The notes under the pieces were generated by a model. The model was not told the origin of the DNA. It saw only the letters and a list, made by a program, of their open reading frames with translations, and searched no databases. From assembly GCA_003565155.1 (NCBI GenBank), contig PXDB01000086.1, positions 536 to 64,535 on the forward strand: a stretch of DNA of 64,000 nucleotides, read 5' to 3'. The translations under genes and the position numbers were made by a program. Below, piece by piece: positions 8,805-17,849 of the stretch; within the stretch, counting starts at the first letter, position 1, and every line of letters starts with the position of its first letter. The stretch comes from Nitriliruptoraceae bacterium. Lineage in GTDB: Bacteria; Actinomycetota; Nitriliruptoria; Nitriliruptorales; Nitriliruptoraceae.

Positions 8805-9935
8805 TCACGCCAGGACGAGCACCTGACGGGCGAGGGTGCGTCCCGCCCTGAGGTCGGCGATGGCCGCGGGCAGTTCCTCGAAGGAGCGCTCCATGATCAG
8901 CGCATCCAGTTCCAGTCGCCCCGACAGGGCGTCCCTGGCGAGCGCGGGGACGTCCACGTGCGGGTCGACACCGCCGAGGTAGGTGCCGACCAACCGTCGC
9001 TCGCCGATCAACGGGAAGGCGTCGAGGGTGATGCGGTCATCGGTGGCGTACAACCCCACGGCGATCGCCGCTCCCCCGGCAGCGGTGATCGCGAAGGCGT
9101 CCTCGAGGGCGCTGGGCCGGCCGATCGCGTCGAAGGCGTGGTCCACCCCGCCGGCGACCAGTTGCGGCACGACCGTACGCACGTCCTGGTGCGCGGCATC
9201 CACCACGTCGGTGGCGCCCAGTCGCTCGGCGAGCGCGAGCGTGGCGGGGTCGACGTCCACCGCGACGATGCGGTGCGCGCCGGCCATGCGTGCGCCCTGG
9301 ATCACGTTCAGGCCCACCCCACCGCAGCCGATGACGGCGACCGTGTCCCCCACGGCGACCCGTGCGGCGTTGCGTACCGCGCCGACACCCGTGGCCACGG
9401 CGCAACCGAGGAGCGCGGCCCGGCTGAAGGCCAGCCCCGGATCGATCTCCACAACCCCGCTGCGCGGCGCGACCACATGCGCAGCGAAGGAGGACACCCC
9501 GTTGAAGTGATGTAGGGGCCGGCCGTCAGGCAGGTGCCAGCCGGTGTGGATGCCGTCGAGGGTGCCGGTGCCCGCCAGGTCCGCGGCCCAGGCGCAGTGG
9601 TTGGCCCGCCCGGCGGCGCACGCGGCGCAGGTCCCGCAGCGTGGCAGGATGGAGAGGACCACGTGGGCGCCGGGATCGAGGTCATCCACCCCCGTACCGA
9701 CGGCGACGACCTCCCCCGCCGCCTCATGGCCGGGCACGAAGGGCATCGGCTTCGGCAACCGGCCATCCAGCACGTGGACGTCCGAGGCACACACCCCGGT
9801 CGCCCGTATCCGCACCAGGACCTGCCCTGGCCCCGGGGGCGACAGCGCGACCTCGGTGAGTACCAGGTCGGATCCCGGGGCCTCGAGCACCCAGGCCCGG
9901 GTGCGTGCCACCTCGCTGCGGCGGACCTCGGTCAT
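8805..9935 (-). CDS. zinc-dependent alcohol dehydrogenase family protein
   Basis: GVCASDVH, GHEAAGEVVAVG, CGTCAACAAG and VIGCGGVGLN motifs. The ATG 9935 overlaps the upstream stop (ATGA). Confidence 0.85.
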   Translation of the reverse strand: MTEVRRSEVARTRAWVLEAPGSDLVLTEVALSPPGPGQVLVRIRATGVCASDVHVLDGRLPKPMPFVPGHEAAGEVVAVGTGVDDLDPGAHVVLSILPRCGTCAACAAGRANHCAWAADLAGTGTLDGIHTGWHLPDGRPLHHFNGVSSFAAHVVAPRSGVVEIDPGLAFSRAALLGCAVATGVGAVRNAARVAVGDTVAVIGCGGVGLNVIQGARMAGAHRIVAVDVDPATLALAERLGATDVVDAAHQDVRTVVPQLVAGGVDHAFDAIGRPSALEDAFAITAAGGAAIAVGLYATDDRITLDAFPLIGERRLVGTYLGGVDPHVDVPALARDALSGRLELDALIMERSFEELPAAIADLRAGRTLARQVLVLA

Positions 9936-11110
9936 CGTGGGCCCTCCGGTCCGTGGGTGGCCACCACCGGCTCGCCGGCGCCGTCCAGCCGGGCGGTCCA
10001 CCCACCCCTGCGGGTCGCAGCCACGCGGGCCTCGTCCAGCACCAGCCCGAGCCCAGGGGTGGCGGGGACGTGCAGCAGGCCCTCGTCATCCACCTCGACG
10101 GGCGTGTGCAGGGGGAAGTCACGACGGTCCGGGGTCCAACCTTGCGGGTCGTAGGGGTACTCCAGGTACGGCCCGCCGCCCACGCCGGCGACGACGTGGA
10201 GGTTGGCCATCAACCCCAGCCCGTCGGTCCAGGTGTGGGGCGAGTAGCGGCGGCCCGCGGCCAGGGCCCGCTCGCCGAAGCTGCGGCCGCGCCACAGCCC
10301 GCCGGCCAGCACCACGTCGGGCTGGTGGACGTCGTAGGCGTCGGCGGCCAGGGCCGCGTCGGCGTCCGCGATGGTGCGGTGCAGCTCACCGCCGGCGATG
10401 CGCACCCGTCCGCCGGCCCGGAGTGCCGCGAGGCCCGCGAGGTCGCGGCCCTGCAACGGCTCCTCCAGCCAGTACACCTCGAGTTCCGCGAGCGCGTCGA
10501 GGAACCGTCGGGCCGCGACCACATCGATCGAGGTGGTGAGGTCGCCCGGCATCCGCCAGGCCTGGTTGAGGTCGACCATGAGCTCCAGACGGTCGCCGAC
10601 GGCAGCACGGACGGCGGTGACCGCGTCGATGGCCGCAGCGCGGTCACCCGCGGGCAGCCGCAGCTTCACCGCGCGGAAGCCGCGTTCGGCGAGGTGGGTC
10701 GCCACCTCGGCGTGCCCGTCGGGTCCGCGGGCGGCCCCGGTGGAGGCGTAGGCCGGCAGCACGTCGGTGGCGCCCCCCAGCAGCCGGGCCACGGGCTGGC
10801 CGGTGACCTGGCCGAACACGTCCCACAGCGCGGCCTCGATGGGCCAGGGGCGTGGGCCGTGGAAGTCGATGCCCTCCAGGCGGCGGACCTGGCGCTCGAT
10901 CGTGCAGGGGTCGGTGCCGAGGAGCACGTGAGCGTGGGCTTCCACGCCGGCCAGCGTGTCGCCGCCGCCGACGCCGACAACGCCCTCATCGGTGAGCACG
11001 CGTACCACGGTGGCTGGCGCGTGACGGCGCGGGACCGGGTCCCAGTTGGCGTGGAAGGGCGGGTCCAGGGGCAGGGCGAGGTGGTCGACCTGCAGGGCGG
11101 TGATCCTCAT
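9932..11110 (-). CDS. mandelate racemase/muconate lactonizing enzyme family (enolase superfamily) protein
   Basis: Metal-ligand contexts VDLNQAW, YWLEEP and IAGGE. DVHQPD and SPHTW suggest an Asp-His dyad (MR subgroup). 4-nt overlaps at both ends. Confidence 0.85.
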   Translation of the reverse strand: MRITALQVDHLALPLDPPFHANWDPVPRRHAPATVVRVLTDEGVVGVGGGDTLAGVEAHAHVLLGTDPCTIERQVRRLEGIDFHGPRPWPIEAALWDVFGQVTGQPVARLLGGATDVLPAYASTGAARGPDGHAEVATHLAERGFRAVKLRLPAGDRAAAIDAVTAVRAAVGDRLELMVDLNQAWRMPGDLTTSIDVVAARRFLDALAELEVYWLEEPLQGRDLAGLAALRAGGRVRIAGGELHRTIADADAALAADAYDVHQPDVVLAGGLWRGRSFGERALAAGRRYSPHTWTDGLGLMANLHVVAGVGGGPYLEYPYDPQGWTPDRRDFPLHTPVEVDDEGLLHVPATPGLGLVLDEARVAATRRGGWTARLDGAGEPVVATHGPEGPR

Positions 11111-12594
11111 CGTTGCCGCCAGGTGGTCTTGACCTCAGTGTACTGCTCGAGGGCGTGCAACGACTTGTCCCGGCCGCCGAACCCGGACGCCTTGTAGCCA
11201 CCGTGGGGCACGGTCAGGTCGCCGACGTCGAAGCAGTTGACGTAGACCACGCCGGCGCGGATACCGGCGGCGATGCGCTCCGCCCGGCCGTGGTCGGCGG
11301 TCCACACCGCCCCGGCCAGGCCGTAGCCCGTGTCGTTGGCCAGGCGCAGGGCCTCGGCCTCCGAGCCGTCGAAGCGTTGCACGACCAGGACGGGCCCGAA
11401 GATCTCCTCCCGTGCCACATCGGTGTCGGCCGCGACCCGGTCCAGCACGGTGGGGACGAGGTAGGAGCCGCCGGCGACCGGTGCCGGATCGGGCGCGTGG
11501 CCGCCGAGCACCACCTCGGCGCCCTGACCGGCGGCAACATCGAGGTAGTCGGTGACCCGGGCCTGCTGCTCGGCCGAGACCAGGGCCCCGAGCTGGGTGT
11601 CGGCGTCCAGGGGGTCACCGGGCTGCAGGTCGCGTGCCACCTCCGCGATCCGGGCGAGCACCTCGTCCGCGACCCGGTCGTCGATCACCAGACGCGAGCC
11701 AGCGTGGCACGTCTGGCCCTGGTTGTAGTAGATGCCCCAGGCGATCTCCTCCGCGGCCGCATCGAGGTTCGGGGCGTCGGCGAGCACGACCTGGGGGCTC
11801 TTGCCGCCGAGCTCCAGCGACACCCCCTTGAGGTTGGAGTCCGCCGCAGCGGCCAGCACCCGGCGACCGGTGGTGGTGGAGCCGGTGAAGGTGACCTTGT
11901 CCACGCCGGCGTGGGCCGACAGTGCCGCGCCCGTGGCCCCCTCACCCGGAAGGACGCTCAGCACGCCCTCGGGCAGGCCCGCCTCCAGCGCCAGTTCCCC
12001 CAGCCGCAGGGTCGCGAGCGGGGACTGCTCCGCGGGCTTGACGATCACGCTGTTGCCGGCCGCCAGCGCCGGGCCGAGCTTCCAGGTGGCGATGATCAGG
12101 GGGTAGTTCCAGGGCACGATCGCCGCCACGACCCCCATCGGCTCGCGGGTGATGGTGGCCAGGGCGTCCGGGCCGGTGGGTGCTACCTCGCCGTAGACCT
12201 TGTCGGCGGCCTCCCCGTACCAGCGCAGGTTGTTCGCGGCACCGGGAGCGTCCACGGTGGTGGTATCACCGATGGGCTTGCCCGTGTCGAGGGTCTCGAG
12301 CAGCGCCAACTCATCGGCGTGGGCCTCGACCAGCTCGGCGAAGCGCCGGAGCACCGCCCCTCGTTCGCCCGGGGTGCGGTGCCGCCACCGGGCGTCCTCG
12401 AAGGCGGTGCGGGCGAGGGTGACGGCCCGGTCCACGTCCGGCTGCCCGCAGGCCGGCAGCTCCACCAGCGGGCGGTTGTCACGCGGGTTGACCGAGGTGA
12501 AGGTCGCGTCGGTCCGAGGTTCCACGGGACGGCCGCCGAGCACGGGTCGGCTCGGCAGGGTCAGGTCGGTGGCGCGCTGGTGCCAGCTGGTCAT
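11107..12594 (-). CDS. NAD(P)-dependent aldehyde dehydrogenase
   Basis: VSLELGGKSP, GQTCHAGSR (catalytic Cys), PWNYP and EEIFGPV motifs. ATG 12594 gives MTSWHQR. The upstream 350 codons of ORF 11107..13644 are junk overlapping the divergent gene. Confidence 0.9.
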   Translation of the reverse strand: MTSWHQRATDLTLPSRPVLGGRPVEPRTDATFTSVNPRDNRPLVELPACGQPDVDRAVTLARTAFEDARWRHRTPGERGAVLRRFAELVEAHADELALLETLDTGKPIGDTTTVDAPGAANNLRWYGEAADKVYGEVAPTGPDALATITREPMGVVAAIVPWNYPLIIATWKLGPALAAGNSVIVKPAEQSPLATLRLGELALEAGLPEGVLSVLPGEGATGAALSAHAGVDKVTFTGSTTTGRRVLAAAADSNLKGVSLELGGKSPQVVLADAPNLDAAAEEIAWGIYYNQGQTCHAGSRLVIDDRVADEVLARIAEVARDLQPGDPLDADTQLGALVSAEQQARVTDYLDVAAGQGAEVVLGGHAPDPAPVAGGSYLVPTVLDRVAADTDVAREEIFGPVLVVQRFDGSEAEALRLANDTGYGLAGAVWTADHGRAERIAAGIRAGVVYVNCFDVGDLTVPHGGYKASGFGGRDKSLHALEQYTEVKTTWRQR

Positions 12595-12741
12595 CGTGGC
12601 CTCCGGAGACGGTGAGCGGCCAGGCTCGGTGGTCGCCGGGCCGGTACGGGGTGACCGGGTCCCGAGCCCGGCCCGACACGGTAGGACCTGGGCCGCTCGC
12701 CCTGCCATGGAGACCGCCGAGGTAGCGTCGCCCCGCCCGTC

Positions 12742-13674
12742 GTGGAGACCCCCGTGTCCGCATCCCCGCCCGAGCCCGACCTCGCCGCCCTGTCCGCAGC
12801 GGCCGCCGACACCGCGGCCCGTACCGCGACCGCGGCCGGCTTGGAGATCGACGACGTTGCCGACCCGGCGGAGGCACGGACGGCCTCCGCCCTGTTCGAC
12901 CGGGTCTGGGGCCGGGATGCGGACGCCGGCACGATCCTGGCGCCGGAGGCCCTGCTGGCGATCGCCCACGCGGGTGGGCAGGTCAGCGTCGGGCGCGACG
13001 CACACGGCGAGGTGGTCGCGGCGACGGCCGCGCTGCTCGGCCGCGACCACGCCGCCGGGCAGGTGTTCCTGCACTCCCACGTGACCGGCGTGCTGCCCGA
13101 GGCCGTCGGGGGCGGCGCCGGCAAGGCCATGAAGTGGTACCAGCGCCACTGGGCGCTGGCGCGAGGGGTCGACGAGGTGCGCTGGACCTTCGACCCGCTG
13201 GTGCGCCGCAACGTGGTCCTCAACCTCGCTGCGCTCGGCGCGGGGGTCGCCGGCTACCTCGTCGACCGGTACGGGGCGATGGCCGACGCCCGCAACCTGG
13301 GGCTGCCCACCGACCGCCTGGAGGCCCGCTGGGAGCTCGGCGCTCCCCGGGTGCGGGCGGCTGCGGCGGGGCGGGTGGCCACCCCGGACGTCGCGGCGCT
13401 GCGCAGCGCGGGAGCCGAGGTGGCCCTGGAGATCGGCGGGCACGGCGAACCGGTGCGGCACCCCACCGCGGCGCCGCGACGGCTGGTCCGCATCCCCGAC
13501 GACATCGAGTCCCTGCGCGCACAGGACCACGCCATCGCCGCCGCCTGGGCGGAGGCGATCCGGGCGACGCTCCGCCCCGCGCTGGACGCCGGCGCGCGGA
13601 TCTCGGGCGTGACCCGCGACGGCTGGTACGTGCTCGCCGACCACGGTGGCGTCGCCGAGCTGGCCGGCAGGTGA
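12742..13674 (+). CDS. GNAT-fold protein of the type found next to OSBS/NSAR genes
   Basis: 310 aa. GAGKAMKWYQRHWALARGVDEVRWTFDPLVRRNVVLNLAALGA resembles an acyl-CoA N-acyltransferase core. It lies directly upstream of the menC-family gene. Confidence 0.6.
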   Translation: METPVSASPPEPDLAALSAAAADTAARTATAAGLEIDDVADPAEARTASALFDRVWGRDADAGTILAPEALLAIAHAGGQVSVGRDAHGEVVAATAALLGRDHAAGQVFLHSHVTGVLPEAVGGGAGKAMKWYQRHWALARGVDEVRWTFDPLVRRNVVLNLAALGAGVAGYLVDRYGAMADARNLGLPTDRLEARWELGAPRVRAAAAGRVATPDVAALRSAGAEVALEIGGHGEPVRHPTAAPRRLVRIPDDIESLRAQDHAIAAAWAEAIRATLRPALDAGARISGVTRDGWYVLADHGGVAELAGR

Positions 13675-14022
13675 GTTCGGCAGCGGGTGCGGACGGGGGT
13701 AGCGGTGGCCGGGGGCCTACGGCACCTCGGGGGTCTCGGACCTGGCCCCTACCAGCAGCGTGATCGCGGCCGTCACCACGACCACAGCGGCACCGGGGTT
13801 CCGCCGAGCATCACCCGCACTACGGTTCGCTTGGCTGCATCCCTGGGTGGCTGCGGCTGCCAGGCTGCGCGCGTCCTGCGACCACCAGGCGGCGCACGTC
13901 GGCGACACCGTGCGAGCACCCGACACCGTTGTTGGTCTGCGTGCTGGAGCGGGGCCTGCCCCCGCGTGGAGCCCAGGCGCACGAACCAGAGGAGCTGACA
14001 CCAGGAGGAAGGGAGGTGAGCC

Positions 14023-15240
14023 GTGCCGACGAGGATCGGTGCCGCGGTTCCCGCCATCGAGGTGACCGGTGTCGACCTGGTCCGCGTGCGGCTGCCCCTG
14101 GTCCGCCCGTTCACGACCAGCTTCGGGCGCCAGACCGAGCGCGAGGTGCTGCTGGTGCGGGTGCGGGCCGCTGCCGGCGACAGCCCGGGGGGCGCGCAGG
14201 CGGACGCCGAGGTGGTCGGTGGCCGTGCCGGGACGGACGGGGAGGTGACCGGCTGGGGCGAGTGCGTCACCCCCGCCGCCCCGGTGTACTCCGAGGAGTT
14301 CACCGACGGCGCGGCGCTGGTCCTGCGCGACCACCTCCTGCCGGGCCTCCTCGCCGGCGGGTCCTCCCTGTCTGCGGGCGAGGTCGCGGCACGACTGAGC
14401 CATCTGCGTGGGCAGCGGATGGCGAAGGCGGCCCTCGAGGCGGCGGTGCTCGACGCGCAGCTGCGGGCCGCGGGTGTGCCCCTGGCCTCCCACCTCGGTG
14501 CCGTCCGGGACCGCGTGCCCGCGGGCGTGAGCGTCGGTATACCGGACGGCGGGATCGACGAGCTCATCGACCAGGTCGCCGGCTACCTCGACGAGGGCTA
14601 TCTGCGCATCAAGATCAAGATCCAGCCTGGGTTCGACATCCATCCGGTGACGCGCTTGCGGGGGGAGTTCGGCGACGACGTGGCGCTCCAGGTGGACGCC
14701 AACGCCGCCTACGACGCCGGCGACGCTGACCACCTCGCCGCCCTGGACGCCCTCGACCTGCTGGGCCTCGAGCTGATCGAGCAGCCCTTCGGGACGGCAC
14801 GGCTGCGCGACCACGCCCGGCACGCGCCGGGGTGGCGCACCCCGATCTGCCTGGACGAGTCGATCCACGACGCCGCCGACGCGGCCGACGCCATCGCGAT
14901 GGGGGCGTGCCAGGTGATCAACATCAAGCTCGGCCGCGTCGGCGGGCTGGCCGAGGCGCTCAGGATCCGGGACGTGTGCCACGCCCAGGGCGTGCCGGTG
15001 TGGTGCGGCGGGATGCTGGAGACCGGCGTCGGCCGGGCCGCCAACGTGGCCCTGGCTGCGTGCGCCGGGTTCGACCTGCCCGCCGACACCTCGGCATCCG
15101 ACCGCTACTGGGCCGAGGACCTCACCGAACCGTTCCAGCTGCGCGACGGCCACCTCGCCGTTCCCACGGGTCCCGGGATCGGGCGCACACCACGGCCGGA
15201 TGCGCTCGCCGACGCCGAGGTGGAGCAGCTGGTTCGCTGA
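14023..15240 (+). CDS. menC: o-succinylbenzoate synthase / N-succinylamino acid racemase family enzyme
   Basis: Enolase-superfamily MLE-subgroup motifs: YLRIKIKIQPGFD, LQVDANAAY, LIEQP, ICLDES, INIKLGRVGG and CGGMLETGVG. GTG 14023 has GGAGGAAGGGAGG upstream. OSBS versus NSAR cannot be decided by eye. Confidence 0.85.
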   Translation: MPTRIGAAVPAIEVTGVDLVRVRLPLVRPFTTSFGRQTEREVLLVRVRAAAGDSPGGAQADAEVVGGRAGTDGEVTGWGECVTPAAPVYSEEFTDGAALVLRDHLLPGLLAGGSSLSAGEVAARLSHLRGQRMAKAALEAAVLDAQLRAAGVPLASHLGAVRDRVPAGVSVGIPDGGIDELIDQVAGYLDEGYLRIKIKIQPGFDIHPVTRLRGEFGDDVALQVDANAAYDAGDADHLAALDALDLLGLELIEQPFGTARLRDHARHAPGWRTPICLDESIHDAADAADAIAMGACQVINIKLGRVGGLAEALRIRDVCHAQGVPVWCGGMLETGVGRAANVALAACAGFDLPADTSASDRYWAEDLTEPFQLRDGHLAVPTGPGIGRTPRPDALADAEVEQLVR

Positions 15241-15428
15241 GGGTGGCCACGGCCGTTGCCACCGGGACCCCGGCTGGCGGCACCTGACGACCGGTGCGCG
15301 CCACGGCGCGGTCTGCGACCACAGAGGGGAACAGCGCCGGCCTGTGGAGCGTTCCACCAGCGCTACCGTCACGCGCTGCCGTCCAACCGGCCCGCCCGCC
15401 GTCCTACCGCCCCAAGGTCGCCGCCACC

Positions 15429-16307
15429 GTGCCCACCCTGCTGCTGCCCCTCGCCCAGATCCCGTCGCCACCCCGACCCGGGATCGAGCTCGGGCCCCTT
15501 GACCTGCGCATGTACGGCGTGCTGATCGCCATCGGCGCCTTCCTCGCCCTGCAACTGATGGTCCGTCGCTACGAGCGGCTCGGGGGCGATCCGAACACCG
15601 GAGAGAAGGCCGGGCTACTGGCGCTGCTCGGCGGGTTCCTGGGAGCACGGATCGGCTACGTCATCCCGCGGTTCCTCGAGGAGGGCGCCCACGGTGCACC
15701 CTTCATCGAACGACCCCTGGACATCCTCGCCATCTGGCAGGGCGGGCTGGCCTTCTTCGGTGGCCTGCTCGGCGGCGCTCTGGCGGTGATCCTCTACCTG
15801 CGCATCAAGCGGGCCGACATCCCCGCCATGATGGACGCGATCGCCCCCGCCCTGCCCCTGGCCCAGGCCATCGGGCGTTGGGGGAACTACTTCAACCAGG
15901 AACTGTTCGGTCGCCCCACCGAGGTGCCGTGGGCGTTGTCGGTCCGTGACGCGGTGGCGGAGCGTGCTGGGTACCCGGCCGGGACCACCTTCCACCCGAC
16001 CTTCCTGTACGAGTCGCTGTGGAACGCCGGTCTGGTCGGCGTGCTCCTGTGGCTGGACAGGGCCGGCAAGCTGCGGCGGCGCGGGTCGCTGCTGTTCGTC
16101 TATCTGATCGGCTACGGCATCGGGCGCGGCTGGGTGGAGGCGCTCAGGATCGACACCGTGGAGCGCTACCCGGCCGCGTGGGGCCTCGGCGAGTGGGGCC
16201 TGTCCCGCAACAACTGGATCGCGATCGGGGTGGTCCTGCTGGGCATCGCCGGCCTGGCGTGGTGGGAGCGCAGCGGTCCCGCCGAGGAGATCGAGCGGCC
16301 GGGCTGA
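15429..16307 (+). CDS. lgt: prolipoprotein diacylglyceryl transferase
   Basis: GRWGNYFNQELFG, FHPTFLYESLWN and YLIGYGIGR motifs. In-frame GTG 15429 gives the usual short N-terminus before IPSPP...GPL. Confidence 0.9.
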   Translation: MPTLLLPLAQIPSPPRPGIELGPLDLRMYGVLIAIGAFLALQLMVRRYERLGGDPNTGEKAGLLALLGGFLGARIGYVIPRFLEEGAHGAPFIERPLDILAIWQGGLAFFGGLLGGALAVILYLRIKRADIPAMMDAIAPALPLAQAIGRWGNYFNQELFGRPTEVPWALSVRDAVAERAGYPAGTTFHPTFLYESLWNAGLVGVLLWLDRAGKLRRRGSLLFVYLIGYGIGRGWVEALRIDTVERYPAAWGLGEWGLSRNNWIAIGVVLLGIAGLAWWERSGPAEEIERPG

Positions 16308-16370
16308 GCGCCGCTCCTGACCGGCAGGCCCCCGGGGCTCGCCGACCGACACGACGGAGGAGACACCGGC

Positions 16371-16547
16371 ATGTGCCGACGCGCCCACTGCTACACCTGC
16401 GGCAACACCACCTGGGCCGGGTGCGGCCAGCACGTCAGCCAGGTGATGGCCGGTGTCCCGCAGGAGGAGCGCTGCGCCTGCGATGACCGGGACCGCAACA
16501 CCTCCCGTGCCGCAGCGCTGTTCGCCCGGCTCTTCGGACGGGCCTAG
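16371..16547 (+). CDS. small cysteine-rich protein (58 aa), probable metal-binding
   Basis: ATG 16371 is preceded by GGAGGAG 7 nt upstream. MCRRAHCYTCGNTTWAGCGQHVSQVMAGVPQEERCACDD... has 6 Cys including CxxC. Not in the ORF track (<60 aa). Confidence 0.55.
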   Translation: MCRRAHCYTCGNTTWAGCGQHVSQVMAGVPQEERCACDDRDRNTSRAAALFARLFGRA

Positions 16548-16592
16548 TGGCAACCGGGCGAGGCCGGGTGGCCTGCGCTCGGTCGCGGCACC

Positions 16593-17666
16593 TCAGGCGG
16601 TCAACGCCTGCCGGAGCTCGGCCGGCAGCGCCGGGCGTCCGTAGAACCACCCCTGACCGATGTCGGCACCGAGCTCGGTGACAGCGGCAGCCTGGTCTGC
16701 GGTCTCGATGCCCTCGGCGATCACCAGGGCGCCGAGCCCGTGGGACAGCTCCACGATCGACCCGACGATGGTGGTCGCGACCGGGTCGGGCAGCTGCTGC
16801 ACCAGCGCCATGTCGATCTTGACCACGTCCGGCTGCAGCTGCGCCACCAGCGCCAGGGTCGAGTACCCCGTGCCGACGTCGTCGAGGGCGACCCTGGCCC
16901 CTTTGGCCCGGTACTGGGCGACGATGCGGAGCAGGTGCTCTGGATCGTCGGTGCGGTGGCTCTCCACCACCTCGAACACCAGCTGTTGGAGGGGGATCCC
17001 CGCCCGACGGGCGGCCTCGATGGTGGTCGCCAGGCACACCTCGGGGCGGTAGATACTGGTGGGTACGAAGTTGATGAACAGCTGCCGGTCCCCGAGCCAG
17101 CCCGCCGCGTCGTTGATGGCGGTCTCCCGACCGATGCGATCCAGCAGGTCGGTCCAGCCTCCGGCGGCGGCCGCGCCGAACAGCGCGCCGGCCGGGATCT
17201 CCTTGCCGTGGTCGTCGCTGGCTCGGAGCAGCGCCTCGTAGGCAACGACCTCGCCGGTCTCGAGGTTGAGCAGCGGCTGGTAGCGGCTGTGGAAGCGGTC
17301 CGGCTGCGTAGCGATGTCCGCGAGGTGCCGGTACCGGATCCGGGCCGCGAAGGTCTCAAGATCGAAGGCACCGAGGGCGGCGTCGGTCGCGCCTACGGCG
17401 GTGCAGCCACTTGGCACGACCAGGCATCGCACGGAACGGCGTTCCGGCGTCGTCAGCGCTGCGGCCAACTCCAGCACCAGGCTGGGCACCGCGACGCCGC
17501 GCACCTCCCTGACCTGCGGACGCCGCGCGACCTCGCCACCCGTCGCCTCCAGGACCTCGTCGATGACCTCCCGGGTGTGGGTGACCGGACACCGCAGCAC
17601 GAGGTGGTCGCCCTCGACCACCTCCGGTTGGTCTCGGCACGGGCATGCGGTGATCCGTGAGACCAT
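16593..17666 (-). CDS. EAL-domain protein (putative c-di-GMP phosphodiesterase) with an uncharacterised N-terminal domain
   Basis: YEALLR, FINF, DDVGTGYS, KIDM, AEGIE and QGWFYGRP motifs. No GGDEF domain. ATG 17666 has GGAGGAG upstream. Confidence 0.85.
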   Translation of the reverse strand: MVSRITACPCRDQPEVVEGDHLVLRCPVTHTREVIDEVLEATGGEVARRPQVREVRGVAVPSLVLELAAALTTPERRSVRCLVVPSGCTAVGATDAALGAFDLETFAARIRYRHLADIATQPDRFHSRYQPLLNLETGEVVAYEALLRASDDHGKEIPAGALFGAAAAGGWTDLLDRIGRETAINDAAGWLGDRQLFINFVPTSIYRPEVCLATTIEAARRAGIPLQQLVFEVVESHRTDDPEHLLRIVAQYRAKGARVALDDVGTGYSTLALVAQLQPDVVKIDMALVQQLPDPVATTIVGSIVELSHGLGALVIAEGIETADQAAAVTELGADIGQGWFYGRPALPAELRQALTA

Positions 17667-17849
17667 GCTGCTCCTCCACCTCGTCGACCGCGGTCGTCGC
17701 CCACGGCGCGCGCCGTCGGCCTCCCAACCTGCCGCCGATCAGGTGCTCACTGCGTGGGAGGTCGTGCCCCCCATCGGCAGCATCGGCCGTGACGCAACGA
17801 GAGGACGCGCAGAGCGCACGTCGACGCGAACAGGCGTGACGGTCCGCGG

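Noticed and set aside
11107-13644. 845-aa ORF suggesting a large N-terminal fusion to the aldehyde dehydrogenase.
   Set aside because: The first ~350 aa are low-complexity and overlap the divergently transcribed GNAT-fold gene. The ALDH family N-terminus begins at ATG 12594.
13717-15648. 643-aa minus-strand ORF across the menC region.
   Set aside because: It is antisense to a gene with a full set of enolase-superfamily motifs. Only its extreme 3' part, in the 13.7-13.9 kb gap, is kept as a low-interest observation.
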